In this document: one piece after another, positions 50,460-63,400 of the stretch | Numbering within the stretch: the first letter of the stretch is position 1 | How the letters are laid out: each line of letters begins with the position of its first letter | DNA from: Klebsormidium nitens | Taxonomy: Eukaryota > Plantae > Klebsormidiophyceae | NCBI GenBank assembly: GCA_000708835.1 | Contig: DF236959.1 | Span: 102,938-166,937, forward strand | DNA: 64,000 nt | Direction of reading: 5' to 3' | Position numbers and translations under genes: made by a program | The notes under the pieces: model-generated | What the model saw: only the letters and a program-made list of their open reading frames with translations | Told to the model about the DNA's origin: nothing | Databases searched by the model: none

Positions 50460-51988
50460 ATGGCAGAGTCAGCAGAACGCAGCCACTTGTACCTTCTCCC
50501 ACACGCTGTCCTTCAGGACATCCTCCACAGGGCTTCTTGTGGTCGGAAACTCACGGATCCAGTGTGTTGGGTCCTTGAGGAGAAGGGCTCGTGCTTACAA
50601 CCCTGGATGAAATGGGCGAAAGTCACAGACCTGTGCCGCTTACAAACAGTTTCCAAGGTCTTCCATCACGTGGCTTCTACAGTCCAGAAGCTACAATGCA
50701 AAATCAGTCCGTCACCTTCAAACGGGACCTGCAGCGTCTTTCCGAATTCCTCGGGAAAGCTAGGTGCGCAAAGAGCCTGGTGATTGCAATCAGAAGCGAA
50801 GATGCGGACTACTCTCAGCTCACGGCAGAGGAATGCCGGAGACTCCATTTGAGCCTGATTTCGCAGCGTTCGGACCTCTTGGACGACAACTCGAAGACCT
50901 TTGAGCAGTTCCTCCTTCAGGCTCCTCGTCTTGAAGAGTTTGCCGTGGTCTGGGATGTCTCCGAGGTGCCATCTGGGAAGCTGAGTCCGGGAAAGGCGGC
51001 AGGCTTAGGAGCAGAGTCGAGCACTCACATGCTGAAAGCCCTTGCAGCACGTTGCCCGCAGCTGACATTCCTTGTCTTAGGAAACCAGCGCCATGGGTTT
51101 GGACCCCCCGGTCAGGCCCTGCAAGTTCCTTTGCTGGTTTCCAGCCTAGCTTCAGCGATGTGTAAGCCGTTTGTGCAGCTTGAAAGGCTAGTCCTACAAG
51201 AGGTCGCGCAGGATGCTTACGCAATCTCAACCCTCGTAAGCATGTGTCCCGGTTTGCGAGAGCTAGAGATTCAAGGCCATCTAAGCTGCCCTTTCTCTGA
51301 CGCTGGAGAAGGGCCTGACCGCTTGCTGCTGGAGTCAACGAGCCTTGAGATCTTGGATCTATGTCTTTATTACACATCAAGTATGTTGCTAGACATCCGC
51401 ACCCCGAGGCTGTACAAATTGGCACTCAGAACACCGTTTCAGGCGCCCCTGATTGTGATAGATTCACCAGGTTTGACGGCTCTCGAGATCGAAGGTTCAG
51501 CCGAGGTGACCGCCTTAGCTCAGTGGAAGCTGGAACGCCTAAGGGTCCTTCCTAATCGAAACGATCATTGCGTGTGGGACTGCAACGGTTCGCTCCATCA
51601 GGCCGTTCAGGGGTGCCTAGGCTTGACCTGTCTCATTTTCAAATCGGAGGAGGCTGTGATCGGAGATGTAACTGGTCTCATCAAAGGTCTCGGAGAAGAG
51701 CTGGATGAGCTCTGTCTCCCTAGTAAGACGTTCCTGGAAACATGTCGATTGATAGCAGAGCCAGCAAAGCTGCCAGAGCTGAAGAAGCTGACCATTTCCT
51801 TTGATACGGACTGGGAGGCTTCAGTGGACGAGAGCCACTTATTGAAAGTTGTTCAAAGCGTCACGGTTGAAGGCTTTCCAAGGTTAGAGACTTTGAGGTT
51901 TGGTTGCGGCGGATGCTTCAGAGCAAGTTCTGTTAATGCACTGCTTACGCTCCAATATAGACGCCCTGCGCTAAAAGTTGTGCTGTAA
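50460..51988 (+). pseudogene. F-box-like/LRR paralog D with a single -1 frameshift near 50709 (about 509 aa if repaired)
   Basis: ORF 50412-50783 (MAESAERSHLYLLPHAVLQDILHRA..LCRLQTVSKVF..CKISP) switches to ORF 50591-51988 (VTFKRDLQRLSEFLGKARCAK). Paralog A reads CRISPLRAKRDLQGL, so one base is missing at agt-cc-gtc. Confidence 0.75.
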
Positions 51989-53921
51989 GGGAACCTACTC
52001 CCCATCATTTTGAATTTGAAGACGGAACTTCGAGCCCTTAACAAGAGCGACTCAACCTCACCTTGGTAGCCCCTTGGTAGCTCGCGAGAGAAAGTCCATT
52101 GCAGCTTTCGAGCATCATGCCTACGTGCACCTGGGGCGGACCCACTGACGCTTCTCTTGAAGATATGACTTTTTCGACTGATGATGAGCCAATGTCTATT
52201 GGTGACGCATAGACGTCAGCGGCGGCTGCAATTCAGCCGCCTACTAGGCTGATTCAGCTACCTAGAGATGAAGCTGATCAAGTGAGATCGTTGTCTGTTT
52301 CAATTGTGTCAGGCTGCTGGCTATAACTTAGTTTGCGGTTATTTGATTGACATGGGACGGTGGATCCCTTGCATGTCAGATTGCATTAATTGGCACGTAA
52401 GGATGCAACGCAATTGCACGCAACAGATCGGCCAGCCAAGGGTGCCGGGTGTTCGGAATGATGGGCGGCCAGCCATGCACAATTTGGCCGCGCTAGCATG
52501 CATTTCATAGCAATCGGTATTATTAGAACCGACCTATTACAATTAGCTATAAGCCATCTTGTACGCATGTAGCTCAATAGCTTGTTGGACAAAATTACAC
52601 GGCCCTGACCCCATGCACATGTACTTAATCAAGCCCCATGCTTCGGTACGGGCTTTATAACGTGATGTATGTATGTATCGATATGCCTGGCATCATTGAA
52701 TAATGATGAGCCGTATCTCGCAGGATCCACCCCATTTTGGTTGGGGATCGGACATACGGCGGGCGTCATTCACTTATGTGCTCAGCATGTATTTGACTGC
52801 TCGCTGCAGCACGCACGGCGAAGACACGACCTAGGCTACTAGGCTAGCGCTGTAAGCCCAAATCAATGGGTACCAACCGGTATAGCGGAATCACCTGATT
52901 GCAAAGCTAGATCGGGCGGATTCACCGTTCATGCACATGCAGTGTGACACGCACAGCCACATCTGCCTGCGATCCTATCGATGAGTCCTATCTTCATATG
53001 TGCTCAATGCACCTTGCCTACCAATACAGTGAATCATTTGCTTTGCAGGGCTTCCGACCCGGGCTCCAACACATTTATCCTTCAAATATTGGTACATGGT
53101 GTCTGGCTGTCCCTGTCCCAGGCTGGCAGTTCGGTGCTTACTTTGTCGTGCCTAAACTGACGCGTGACAGCTGCAACAGAACATGTCGGCGCCTTGTCGG
53201 CACCCCTTACCAAGTCTTGTTTCTTTCTCGGAACTCCTCTCCTAAACGCCGGTATGCATAATACAAAGTATAATAAAGTACATTAGAGCACAATGCGTGC
53301 GCCTGTCTTCATACAACTCCGCAGGGACATGACCATTGAACGAGCCCTTCCCAGGAGTGTTTGTTAGCGACTCTCTGTGATTGCGGGAGACCCACTTCTG
53401 CGAACCTCTTGGAAGTAGCCAGTCAGGGCTACCCGACAACAACTTCAAACCAGACGTATCGGCTAGGATTTCACCAGCCCCGCTCCTCAGCTCGCGTCTT
53501 GATTTCCGAGTATTTGCTGCTCAGCTTCCAAGCTTTACATGCCTGCAAGCCAGGAGGAAGCGGAATTTGCATCACTAATGGCTAACCTTCATACCGCTTT
53601 GAGCCGCGGTTTGACCTACAGACGTACTCCAGAAAAGGCTGGGCCAGAACGAGATTCACCCTTTGTCCCTCAGGCCCCTGAAACTTACAACAATCTGGAA
53701 CGCCCGGACGGCCGGCTTCACCTTTTCCACAGGCCGATCTCCAATAGTGCACGTCAGAATCTGACCTGTACTACCTGTGGAAGCAGACTCTTGGAATTTA
53801 CCGCATAACCCTCTCTATGGCCGGCCCATAAACAGCGCCACATCCGCATACTAGTATTCTCAAGGAAAGGCACGCAGATCCGGCTTCAACAGGACCTAAA
53901 ACGAAGAGGCAAAAACCACAC

Positions 53922-56900
53922 CTTTTCGGCCAGCTTGAGGCCCGCCGCCACGTCCGCTCTCTGCAGCCGGCAGTCGTTGCACCTCTCCCGGCCCCGCTGC
54001 GTGACGTGTGCCGTCACGCAGAGCCGGATCTCGATGCACTCCTCGAGCGCCTCCAAAGCGGCGTCCAGATGCCAGACTGCCGTCGAACCTGTCAAACTCG
54101 TAGAAACCGGTTCAGGAAACCAAATCTGGGAGAGGGTTCTGCAGGTAGCTCTCGCAAAATGATTGTGTGAGAAGTTTCCGGATGGCTGAGCAGTCGAGCT
54201 AAGTTCCAGGAAAACAATAAACGAAAAGTTGGTATGATGGACCTTTGGCTATCTCGCCTTTGTCGGGGCTGCACAAGGATACCGTGGGGGGGACAAGATC
54301 AAGATTGACGGACGGCGCTCGACCGGGAAAGGCTTTGGCTAAATAAGATCGCACATGGCGAGGGAAATTTGAAGTGTTGGGCTGCAGTCAGAGAAAGTGT
54401 ATGCGGGTTCGACTTGGACAGCCCGTGGCGAACAGCATAGAACAAGATCGAAAGCCTTCGTAGTACAACCGGCAACGAGCATCAACCGGAAGCATCGCGG
54501 ATCACTTTGTGTCCAGACAAAACGCTCTGCCCTCCGGTTGTTGGACAGTGAGCACAGAAGGAGGAACCACAGCTTGCAGAGGCCTTCCGCTCGGTACGAA
54601 ACTTGAAAACAAAAGTTGAAACACAAGTGTGGCGTGTTTGAACACAACGAGAAAAAAGCGAACGGCCGTGACTCACTTCCTTGCTCTCACGGGCGACATC
54701 ACAACACTCGGGAACTTCTAGGCAGCAAAAGCTTTGGGGCCCCGCGTCCTCACCGGCGTGTTGCTTGGCCTCCTTGAACAGCAGCCGCAGCGCGCGTCGC
54801 CACGCCGCCGACACCACGCTCGGGAACCCGCCCTGGTCCGCGAGCATGCGCGCGAGGGCCAGGGCCTCGTCCCGGAACTCGGGCCCCTTCTTCTCCACCA
54901 CGCCCGCGAGCTTCTTCGCGGAACAGGGCCCCAGCAGCCGCCACACCGCCACCGCCTCGCGCCACCAGTGCGACGACAGCTCCAGCTGGTCGTGCGCCAG
55001 CTCGAGCACGCGCACCGCCAGCTGGCGCCAGAGCTTCACGTTCCCGAGCCCCGTGGCCGCGGCACGCGCGAGGCGGTGCGCGTTGCGGATGAGGTCCGCG
55101 CCGCACTCGTCGTCGGCCGCGATCTGGTCCTCCAGCCACGTGACCAGCTTGACGGCGACGTCGGTGTTGAGGAACCCGACGGCCTTGGTCATGATCCAGT
55201 CGATGCCATCCCAGTAAACAACTGCAAAGCCGGAGTCGCGCAGCCCCGTTGCGAGCGCGTTCTCCGTGCACAGCCGGAACATGCACGAGTGCCGTCCCGT
55301 CGCCTCCATCCGTTTCGCGACTTCCAACCAGCACCGCACCGCCGCCACGGAGGTGGTTACGGCGCTAACCCGGGTTAACACCCCAGCGTCGTCCTCCCCC
55401 GCGAGCCACGCGTCCAACACTACGTTCATCCCCCGCACGTACGTGGGGCCACAGAGAACGTCCACGTCGCGCGGCCAGCCCCGCGTGACAAAAAGCTCCG
55501 CGAGTGATCGTGCGGCGGCCGGCTGGCCGTCTTCGGACAGCTGCCAGATCGTCCGAACCATCTCGTTCCCGGTGACGTTCCCCGGCTTCAGAAGGTCGAG
55601 GATGGACTGGAGGCGCGCCCGGGGGTCGTGCAAACCGGGCGCTTGCGACTGGACGATGATCCAGTGAAGGGCGCCCGTTGGGGGCCACCGCTTGATGGCT
55701 TTGAGGGCGGCGAGGCCGGCTCGGAAAGCGGGCTCGGTGAAGCCGCACTCGGTCATGTTCTGGGCGAGGAGGAAGGCGTCCTCCGCTGTCCAGTTAGAAG
55801 CGTTCTCCTGCAAAGGAGAGGGGCGAAGAAAAAGATCAGGTGAAGTTCAGTCAACGGTGACCGAGGAGCTTTGTCCTGCGAAGCATAACGGTGGACTTTG
55901 TGGGCGTACTGGTAAGTCGCGGACAGTTTAGTCAGTCTGAAAGACATCCGAAGCGCCAAGATTTGTCCCAGGAGGATCGCGAATTGATATTGCATTTGAG
56001 AGACGATGTTGGTTTCGTGGAGATCGTTCCAGGAAACGCAACAGGGATCGGAAAACGGACAAAATTGATTAGTCGTTGCGTTTTCGATCCTAAGCGAAGG
56101 AAAGGCATATGGCTGGAAGACGCTGACAGTATGACAGAGCTTGCCAGGAACAGAGGCGATAAACACAAGAAGCTCGCTGCATACAGGCTGTGTTAAGTAA
56201 GCCAGGGGCAGCCAACCTGACTCGATGTCAAGAAAGGAACTTCGCGAAACTAAGGACTTACTTGCATCTCGTACGCTATGCAGTGCGCAATGATGCGCCG
56301 GCTCCCCTGCGTGGCCTCAACAACGCTGTCTACCACCCGCCCCTTCGACAAGACACTCTCGTCCAACTCCATGACGTTCTTCGCAACGAGCGCTTCCGTC
56401 AAATCTGCCAGCGTCCCTCCCCGACTCTTCTTGGCATCCGTGACCCCCGCAGGTTTCTCCAAGGTTGCTTCTGGCGGTCTTCGCAACTCTTCCGCAGGCA
56501 CTCGTGTCCCGCCCTTGACAGCTTCGAGCGGCGCCGCGACAACACCGTTCGTCGTGGGCAGCGGGAACGGCCATCGCAAGACTTCGCACAGCGCCCGGTG
56601 CAGCGCTTTTCGGCAGACGTCGAGCGCTCGGTATAAACTCCCGCCCTCTTGGGTGCCTACTCTCACTTTCGGTAGCAGCTGTAGGAGGCAGAGCGCCCCT
56701 GTCGCAGGCTTGAAAATGCCCCCTTGGCCCTGGGTTATGGCGATGGCGAGGCCGGCGGAGCGGAGCGTCTCTTTCAGACCGAGGACTTCGTAGGGCCTGG
56801 TCTCAGAGAAGGACTCGAGGGCGGTCGCAATGACGTCATCCTGATTCTGGCGCAGAACGCACTCCCAGTACCTGCAATCGAGCAGCATTCAGACCACTTT

Positions 56901-58433
56901 TTAGAAGGACTTCGTCGCAGCCTTGACATATCTCGACTCGAGAATTGTCAGAAGAGTCAAGAATCCTGAACCGAGGAATTTGCAATCGCTCAGCAAAAGC
57001 AGTACCGGAGGATCCTAACAGAAGCCCCCAAGGCTTCGCAAGACTGACGGAGATAGCACGTTTGGAGGCTAATCAGAAGCTCAAACCATCACTCCCAAAA
57101 TCTGGTAGTCACATCAATTTCAGTTCATTCAAGAAACTATCCCAAACTCAACGAACTCACTCGAAAAGGTTCTCAGAGTACATTATGATGTTCATCCGTT
57201 TCAATGACTCAACAGGCAAGCAGATGACGCATTGACCCTGAGTGACAGACCCCTTGTGATTCCATACAGAAACAAGATACCGCCTAATATTCAGATCGAA
57301 AACAAGTCCAAACCAGTGCTCCTGTGATTAACTGGGACGAATAATCGAAACTCTCTCGCTCACCAACACCTACCTTCGCCAGCAAAACAGCTTAGGACCA
57401 ACAAACGCTCCTCGTCCCTCATAGAGCAGGCCCTCCAGTTTCATGGCGAGCAACTGGTAGGACTGCGTCTTGTTCACGTGTTCAAAACCTTGGATTGACA
57501 GCGACTCCTGGCCCACAGCTTTGGCCCAGAGTTCGCCAAGCTGCATTAGAGAAAAAGATGGTTGAGCATATACGATCGGATCCAGCTTTTGGGAGAGGGA
57601 GACGAGCGGAGTGAATGATTGACAGCAACAGTGAGCTTCCGTTGTTGCAGTATGGAGTGGGATAAGCGGAGAGAATGTCCAAAAGCAGCCGAAACCTTCT
57701 TGAGGTGCAGTATCATAAATCAACCTTTTCAAAGTTCTGAGTTTCAAAAATTCGGGCAACATCATCCCTATGCAATCAGCCAGTTAGGGGAAAGACGATG
57801 ATCGACGTCTTCAAATGACAAGATGAAAGCGCTGAGAAAATTCCTTCCTTAACTCCTTCCTCAATAGCTTTCATCAGAAGAGTTAACCAGATTGTTGAGA
57901 ACAGAATCAAAGTTCTTCAACATGAGATGAACAATGCAGATTCTCCACGTATGAATAAGCAGCACCAAAGCGCAAAACGAAATAATGATGCTTTCTCTTG
58001 GATTGGGAACAGCGCCGCACTTCGTACATACTTCCTTGTATACCTCACTGCAATCAACAAGTTTGCTCGTATGCAAAAGTGAACCAGCTGGAAGAACAAC
58101 CAGCCTATGCACCCGGTGTCAATCTCCACAAAGAGCAATCTTCCTCAATTGGCAAATGAGGCTAACGTCAGCTGAGATGGTGACTAAGACGTCCACTTCC
58201 ATCAGCTCCAACTATTCACCTGATCCCAGTTCTCCTGGGGAAAGATGCACGTGTCAAATGTTTCTCGCTTCCTGTAGTGTCCGCTGAGATGTTGGATGGC
58301 GAGGACTTTGTCTGTGAAAAAATCTAACAAGTCCAGAGCTTGGTCGGGGTCTTCCACAGCTGAAGCCAGTCTGGCAAGGGCTTCCTTCATGACCTTGCGC
58401 TCTTCAGTATAGGAGAGGTGGTAGCTTGGATAG
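53922..58433 (-). CDS. Uncharacterised, probably alpha-helical multi-exon protein; 5' and 3' ends not resolved
   Basis: Phase-consistent exon chain with GT-AG sites: 58220-58433, 57374-57540, 56262-56871, 54754-55807 and 53922-54088. The long exons are GC-rich with coding-like codon use. No family was recognised. Confidence 0.7.
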
Positions 58434-60416
58434 CTGCAAACCCCGAGTCAGAATGCAGTTAGTAAGCTTTGACAGTAGGACAGATGCACCAGTTCATGGA
58501 AAGATTAAAACGAGCTCAGAGAGTTTTAGCAGGTCTTGGATCTCAAGCAACCCCCAAAATGGATGCAGTCAGAAGTTTATGGACCTGGATGATGTGCCAA
58601 CAGCATTTGCCATCAAAAGGGTGTTTTGAGCTGCAGCAACATGCCATAAGCTAACTGGACTACATTGCGGCTGGTGCAGGTTGAAAAGTGCAGGTACAAG
58701 TTGTTCTGCCATCGATTGGGCCAAGTCTCATTGCCTTTCATGCACAATGCCGCTGGTAGCAGAAACCTTCCAATGCTGTTTGACTCATTTCTTTGTCCAT
58801 TCTGTCCTTGTCCACAAGCTGAGCATCTTGAAACCCTATGACATGAGTGTCAACCTGAGTCATACCTGAAAACACCGCTCCGGACCCATGCATAGCAGGG
58901 TTCAAGAATGCCTGAAATCTCTCGTCTTGTCCCCAGCGAAGGCGACATGGCCTCATCCGAAGAGCATTCAAGCCTCTGTTTTTTTCTAGGGGGTCCAGAG
59001 ACCTCCTCCTCAGCGTCACTCATTGTCGCACTGTCAATTCAGCGGGTGAATGCTTAGCAAGGGGAAGTACAATTTGACGAGAAACCTTTCGACAAACTTC
59101 ACTGTTCATGAAACGAGCTGGTGCGGGCTGGGTCCAGGTGTCTGTTGACGTGCGCCTTCTGCTCAGGCGTCTTCCCAACTTTCAATGGCCAGATTTTGGT
59201 CACACCTCCTTGGTCAGGAACTCTGGCAAAAGCCAGCTAAAAGTTTCCAAGATTCCTGCGATGTCATTTGGTATGCTTTCAGAATTGATAGCCTACTTCA
59301 GCCAATTTTGGCGCATTTGCCACTTTAAAGCCGCCGCCTTCTGCTTTCAGATTGTCTTTGCAAAATCGTGCAGATTGGGTAAACTCTAGGAGGATATATC
59401 CTATGCACTGCATCGAAAGCATTGCATGACCTGTGCAATCCCTTCCAACGTCCCCGGCCAGTCTGCTTCTGTCTTCACTGACTTGGAACAGCTGTCCAAT
59501 CCTTTCAGAATTGCTGGCACTAGTGGAGCCTGAGGGCAGTGTATTCATGAGGATGCCAAACTTCCTCTCCAAGAAAGCGGTCCATGAGAATTGCCGATGA
59601 GGGTTGCTGCCTCGGTGCAGGATGAGCTGACGGTGCGATTTTGCAGCTTAGCAGCACCAAGAGATGTGAAAGAAGTCACACAGAGGATTCACAAAGGAGG
59701 CCTTTCAAGCAATTGGACAAAGAGAAGATCCTTGTTTGTGATCACCCCAAAAAGTGAGGGAGCTCTCTGAGGGTTGATTGGCGAAAGGTCGATAGGCAAC
59801 ATCTACTTTGGAGTGAAGCTGGTTTGTGGCAAACGTTTAGAAATACACCACCTCTCAATCGTTCATTCATTCTCACAGAGTTGTTCCACCAGATGTCATC
59901 AATCTAGGCAACTCATTTGAAGGGCCTGATTGTGTAAAGTGGTACGTTGTGCTGCTCTGAGAATTTGATGAATGTTGATCAGATGAAAGCATAAGGTGCA
60001 GAGAAACGATTTTCGGTTGTGCTAATGCTGCAACCAATGCTCATGGTGTAGAAGGTCTTTCTGCTGCAGGTCACGTTGACGCGATAAGAGGGCGTCCACT
60101 CCAAGATGACTCATTGCCGTCAGCACAACTTCTAGAAAATACAACCAAGTCTGGGTTTTTTCAAGCTGCGGTCGAGATATTGGACAGGGGCCAGGAACTT
60201 GTAGATTCTGGCAAATTCGAACCAGCAACAGAACTTGAAATCAGAAAAACTGAGGGCATATTAAATAGCTCTGACACCCAAGTAGACGCCCAAACAGTAG
60301 CTCAGCAACCAGACCAGTCCCCCAAAGAGGGGCTTATTGATAGTAGCAACAAACTTTCATCCTCAGACTCTGTACAAAAGGAGGGGCAAACGCTAGGGGC
60401 CAAGCTGTCAGACGCG

Positions 60417-63400
60417 ATGTCCCGGGGGCCCCCAATGCAGTTTTGGGACGACTGGGTGGACCCGTCTGACATGGCGGCCATGTGGTCGCGCCCAGCTGTG
60501 GCGCTGGAGTGGCGGGGGAAGGGGTTTCAGAGGGGGTCGAAGGTGCTGTTTACCCGGGATGAGAGGAGCAAGCCGTACCTGACGATGGCCGAGATGCAGG
60601 GGGTGGCGGAGATCATCATCGACAGGCACTTCAGGGGGAGGGTCAATCTGGTAGGTCTCTCTTCTTTCCCTTGAGTTTTGTGGTTGGGTCTTGCGCCCTG
60701 GTTATACTGTTGAGGTTGGGTCTAAGAAGGATGAGGAAAGGGTAAAGTATGTTTCTTTGAGGGGGCGATCGACTTGTACGTACCGAGAGAAGCGTGTAAA
60801 AGGCTACAGCTAGCATTGCAACACTGAGAGTCAGTCAAAAGCACAGGGTTCAAGCTCGTTTCAACCATTCTCACATCAGCGACTTTCGAGTTCAGTGTTC
60901 CACGTCATTCAATTGCCCATCCAGGTAATGCTGTGCGCGATCGCTGAGATCGAGAGCGACCGCCGGCCGCTCGCGTACCGGTTCGAGCCGGCCCTCGGGG
61001 AAGCCAGCACGGGGCTCATGCAAGTGCTACAGTCTACTGCGGAGTGGCTCGCCCGGGACATGGGCTACCGGGCGTACTCCGTCAACTGGGCCAGCGAGCA
61101 GCTGTACCGCCCTTTTGCCGCTGTCTACTTCGGGGGAGGTACGCACTCGCTTTAGTTTCTCGTTTTACTGTTTTTCAGAAGGGACAGGGGTTGGACGGTG
61201 GGTTGTGGTCCAGGAATGATGCAGAGCGGCTTGCTTTGGTCAATTGGGTCGCAGTGGTTTCTGCCTCAGAAGTAAACAGACTTATTTCTCGAATCTGGCT
61301 CTTGTGACTGCTCCACATCTCTGTTGGTCGCAAGTGGTCCAATTCTGCTTTTGCTTTTCTTCGCCCCCTCAGTATGGGTATTCACTCATGGTTTGTTGCT
61401 CCCTCCGGGTCTCTTGGTGCACTTGACCGCAAGATTTCAGCCCTTGAAAGTGGGCGTCAGTTCTGGGGACCCACTGGTCTGATGCGGGTCCTTGACATTG
61501 GGTTCTCTAATTCATCGTCGCTGCAGACCCTTCGAGGGTGCTTTTGCGGAGACTAGAACAGCCAGGTCCAAAGCTTCATTCGTTGGAGCGTATTGAGTAG
61601 TAATTACTATCCCTTCGATTGTTTCTTTGTTCTACAGCCTACCTTACGTAGCGTCTCGACCTTCAACGCGTCCCCATTTTGGACGTTCTCCTTCATCAGT
61701 GTTTTCTTCCTTTCACATGCTTTTATTTTGTCCCACAGCCTCTTCCACTTGTCTCTTCGGCTTTCCGGGGAGCTTTGCGCCTTACCCTGTCAAGACAAAC
61801 AAGAGGCCGGTTGACGGTCTTATGTGAGGTCTTCGATCCAAAACGTCGAGAAAAGAGATCACATATCTTCTTCAAAATGTTTAAATACAGATGCTTGACA
61901 ACGACCTTCCAACGAATCGTCAATCGGCCTTCCATCGATCGTGTGCCTCGCACTTCCTTCTTACTTCTTCTACAACTTCTCCCGCAGCCTATTTGAACTG
62001 GCTGTCGACTTACAAGGGCGTGCCGCGCTCGGAAGAGTTCATTGTGCGCGGCTACAATGGTGGCCCGAACGGGGTAAATCTGGAGAAGACGGTGCGCTAC
62101 TGGAGCAAGTACCTAGTCGCGAAAGCGAAGGTGGCTTCTGTGCTGAGGTAGGGGTTTGGGGTTTTGACGCTCTTACACTTCCATGAGGCCTCATCCTTTC
62201 CAACGGACACTACAAGCATTCGGCACAGTCAGTTGCACACTCTTTTGTTTCCCTCCTGTTTATGTAATTGCAATCGAGTTGTTGGATTGCTATTCTGCTT
62301 AGCTTGCATGACCATCCCGTACTCTGTGTGCGAAGTTGGTGGCAAGCTCGCAACGCATGCAGGTGTTTCTAACTTGGCAAACAGTCGAGCCAGCGAAATA
62401 AAATTTGATATGGTTTTGCTGCAACCAAGCAGGTGCTGTTGCCCCCTCCTTCGTAGCGAAGAATTTCGTAGCTTCTGCAGTGGCTCTTTAGCCCTTCTTG
62501 TAGGCCTCGCATTCAGTGGCCCTTGACTGATTTGTGCTCATTACCTCCAGGACGATCTGCCATCTCTTCTGAACCTCCCTCACCGCCTCTGGTCTTCTCT
62601 TTTGCACACTCTCGTAGAAGTCCGAAAACTCCTATCTGCAAAGTGCGCCGAACGACCAAGCCCATGTCCGTCGTCGGCTCGATCGTCTTACAAGATTTAG
62701 CCTCTTGCCTGACCGCATCCTCGCCAAAGCAGACCTGGTATTCCTAGACCCAAAACTTTTCTGATCCAGCCTTTGTTCTTCTCCAGAATCGAAGCTCCCC
62801 AACTCATCGTGCAAACCCCGGCGCCCCTCTACGCCCCTCCCCCTAGCGCCCCGGGCCCTGTCCAGGCCCCGTCTCAGCCGGGCTACTCCATCCCTCCAGC
62901 AGTCCAAGCACCGCCTCCCACTCAACAGGGCCCCGGAGTGGTCCAAGTCGCTGTGGCAGCAACGGTCGGAGCCGCCGTTGCCACGTCGATTATCGCCGGA
63001 CCCGCCGTCGGGATGTGGGCGGCGACCGGGGCGATCGCGGGCGCGCTTGGGGGGGCGATTGCGAACGGGTGGCCACCCCCCCGGAGGGAAGAAGTTCGTC
63101 GGGAGACGGTCGAAGTGCGAGCCGACTTTGTGGAAGTTGGTTTGCCTGGGCCGATGACGGTGATAGTGGAGGAAGAGACGGGGCCCGTGATCGATACAGC
63201 GACAGTAGAGGTGGTTCCGGAGGCCTTGTCGACGGAGTGGGTGTACTGGGACGACGTCGTAACGGAGTCGGAATTGGCCGCGATGTGGGCCCGGGAGGAT
63301 ATTAGAACCGAGTGGACGGCTGCGGGGGAGAAGCCTGGACGACGGGTCCGGTTCTCAAGAGACGCGCAGAAACGTCCGTTCCTGACGGCGCGTGAGGTGA

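Noticed and set aside
50707-50734. Micro-intron explanation for the paralog D frameshift
   Set aside because: The candidate GT..AG pairs (28 and 24 nt) do not restore the frame and would delete residues conserved in paralog A.
40014-51425. Antisense and alternate-frame ORFs over the F-box-like genes (e.g. 50820-51425)
   Set aside because: They are shadows of the real coding frames, with no independent motifs.
54681-55748. Several long overlapping ORFs on both strands (178-214 aa)
   Set aside because: These are shadow ORFs of a very GC-rich exon of the minus-strand gene; their compositions are low-complexity Arg/Ala/Pro.
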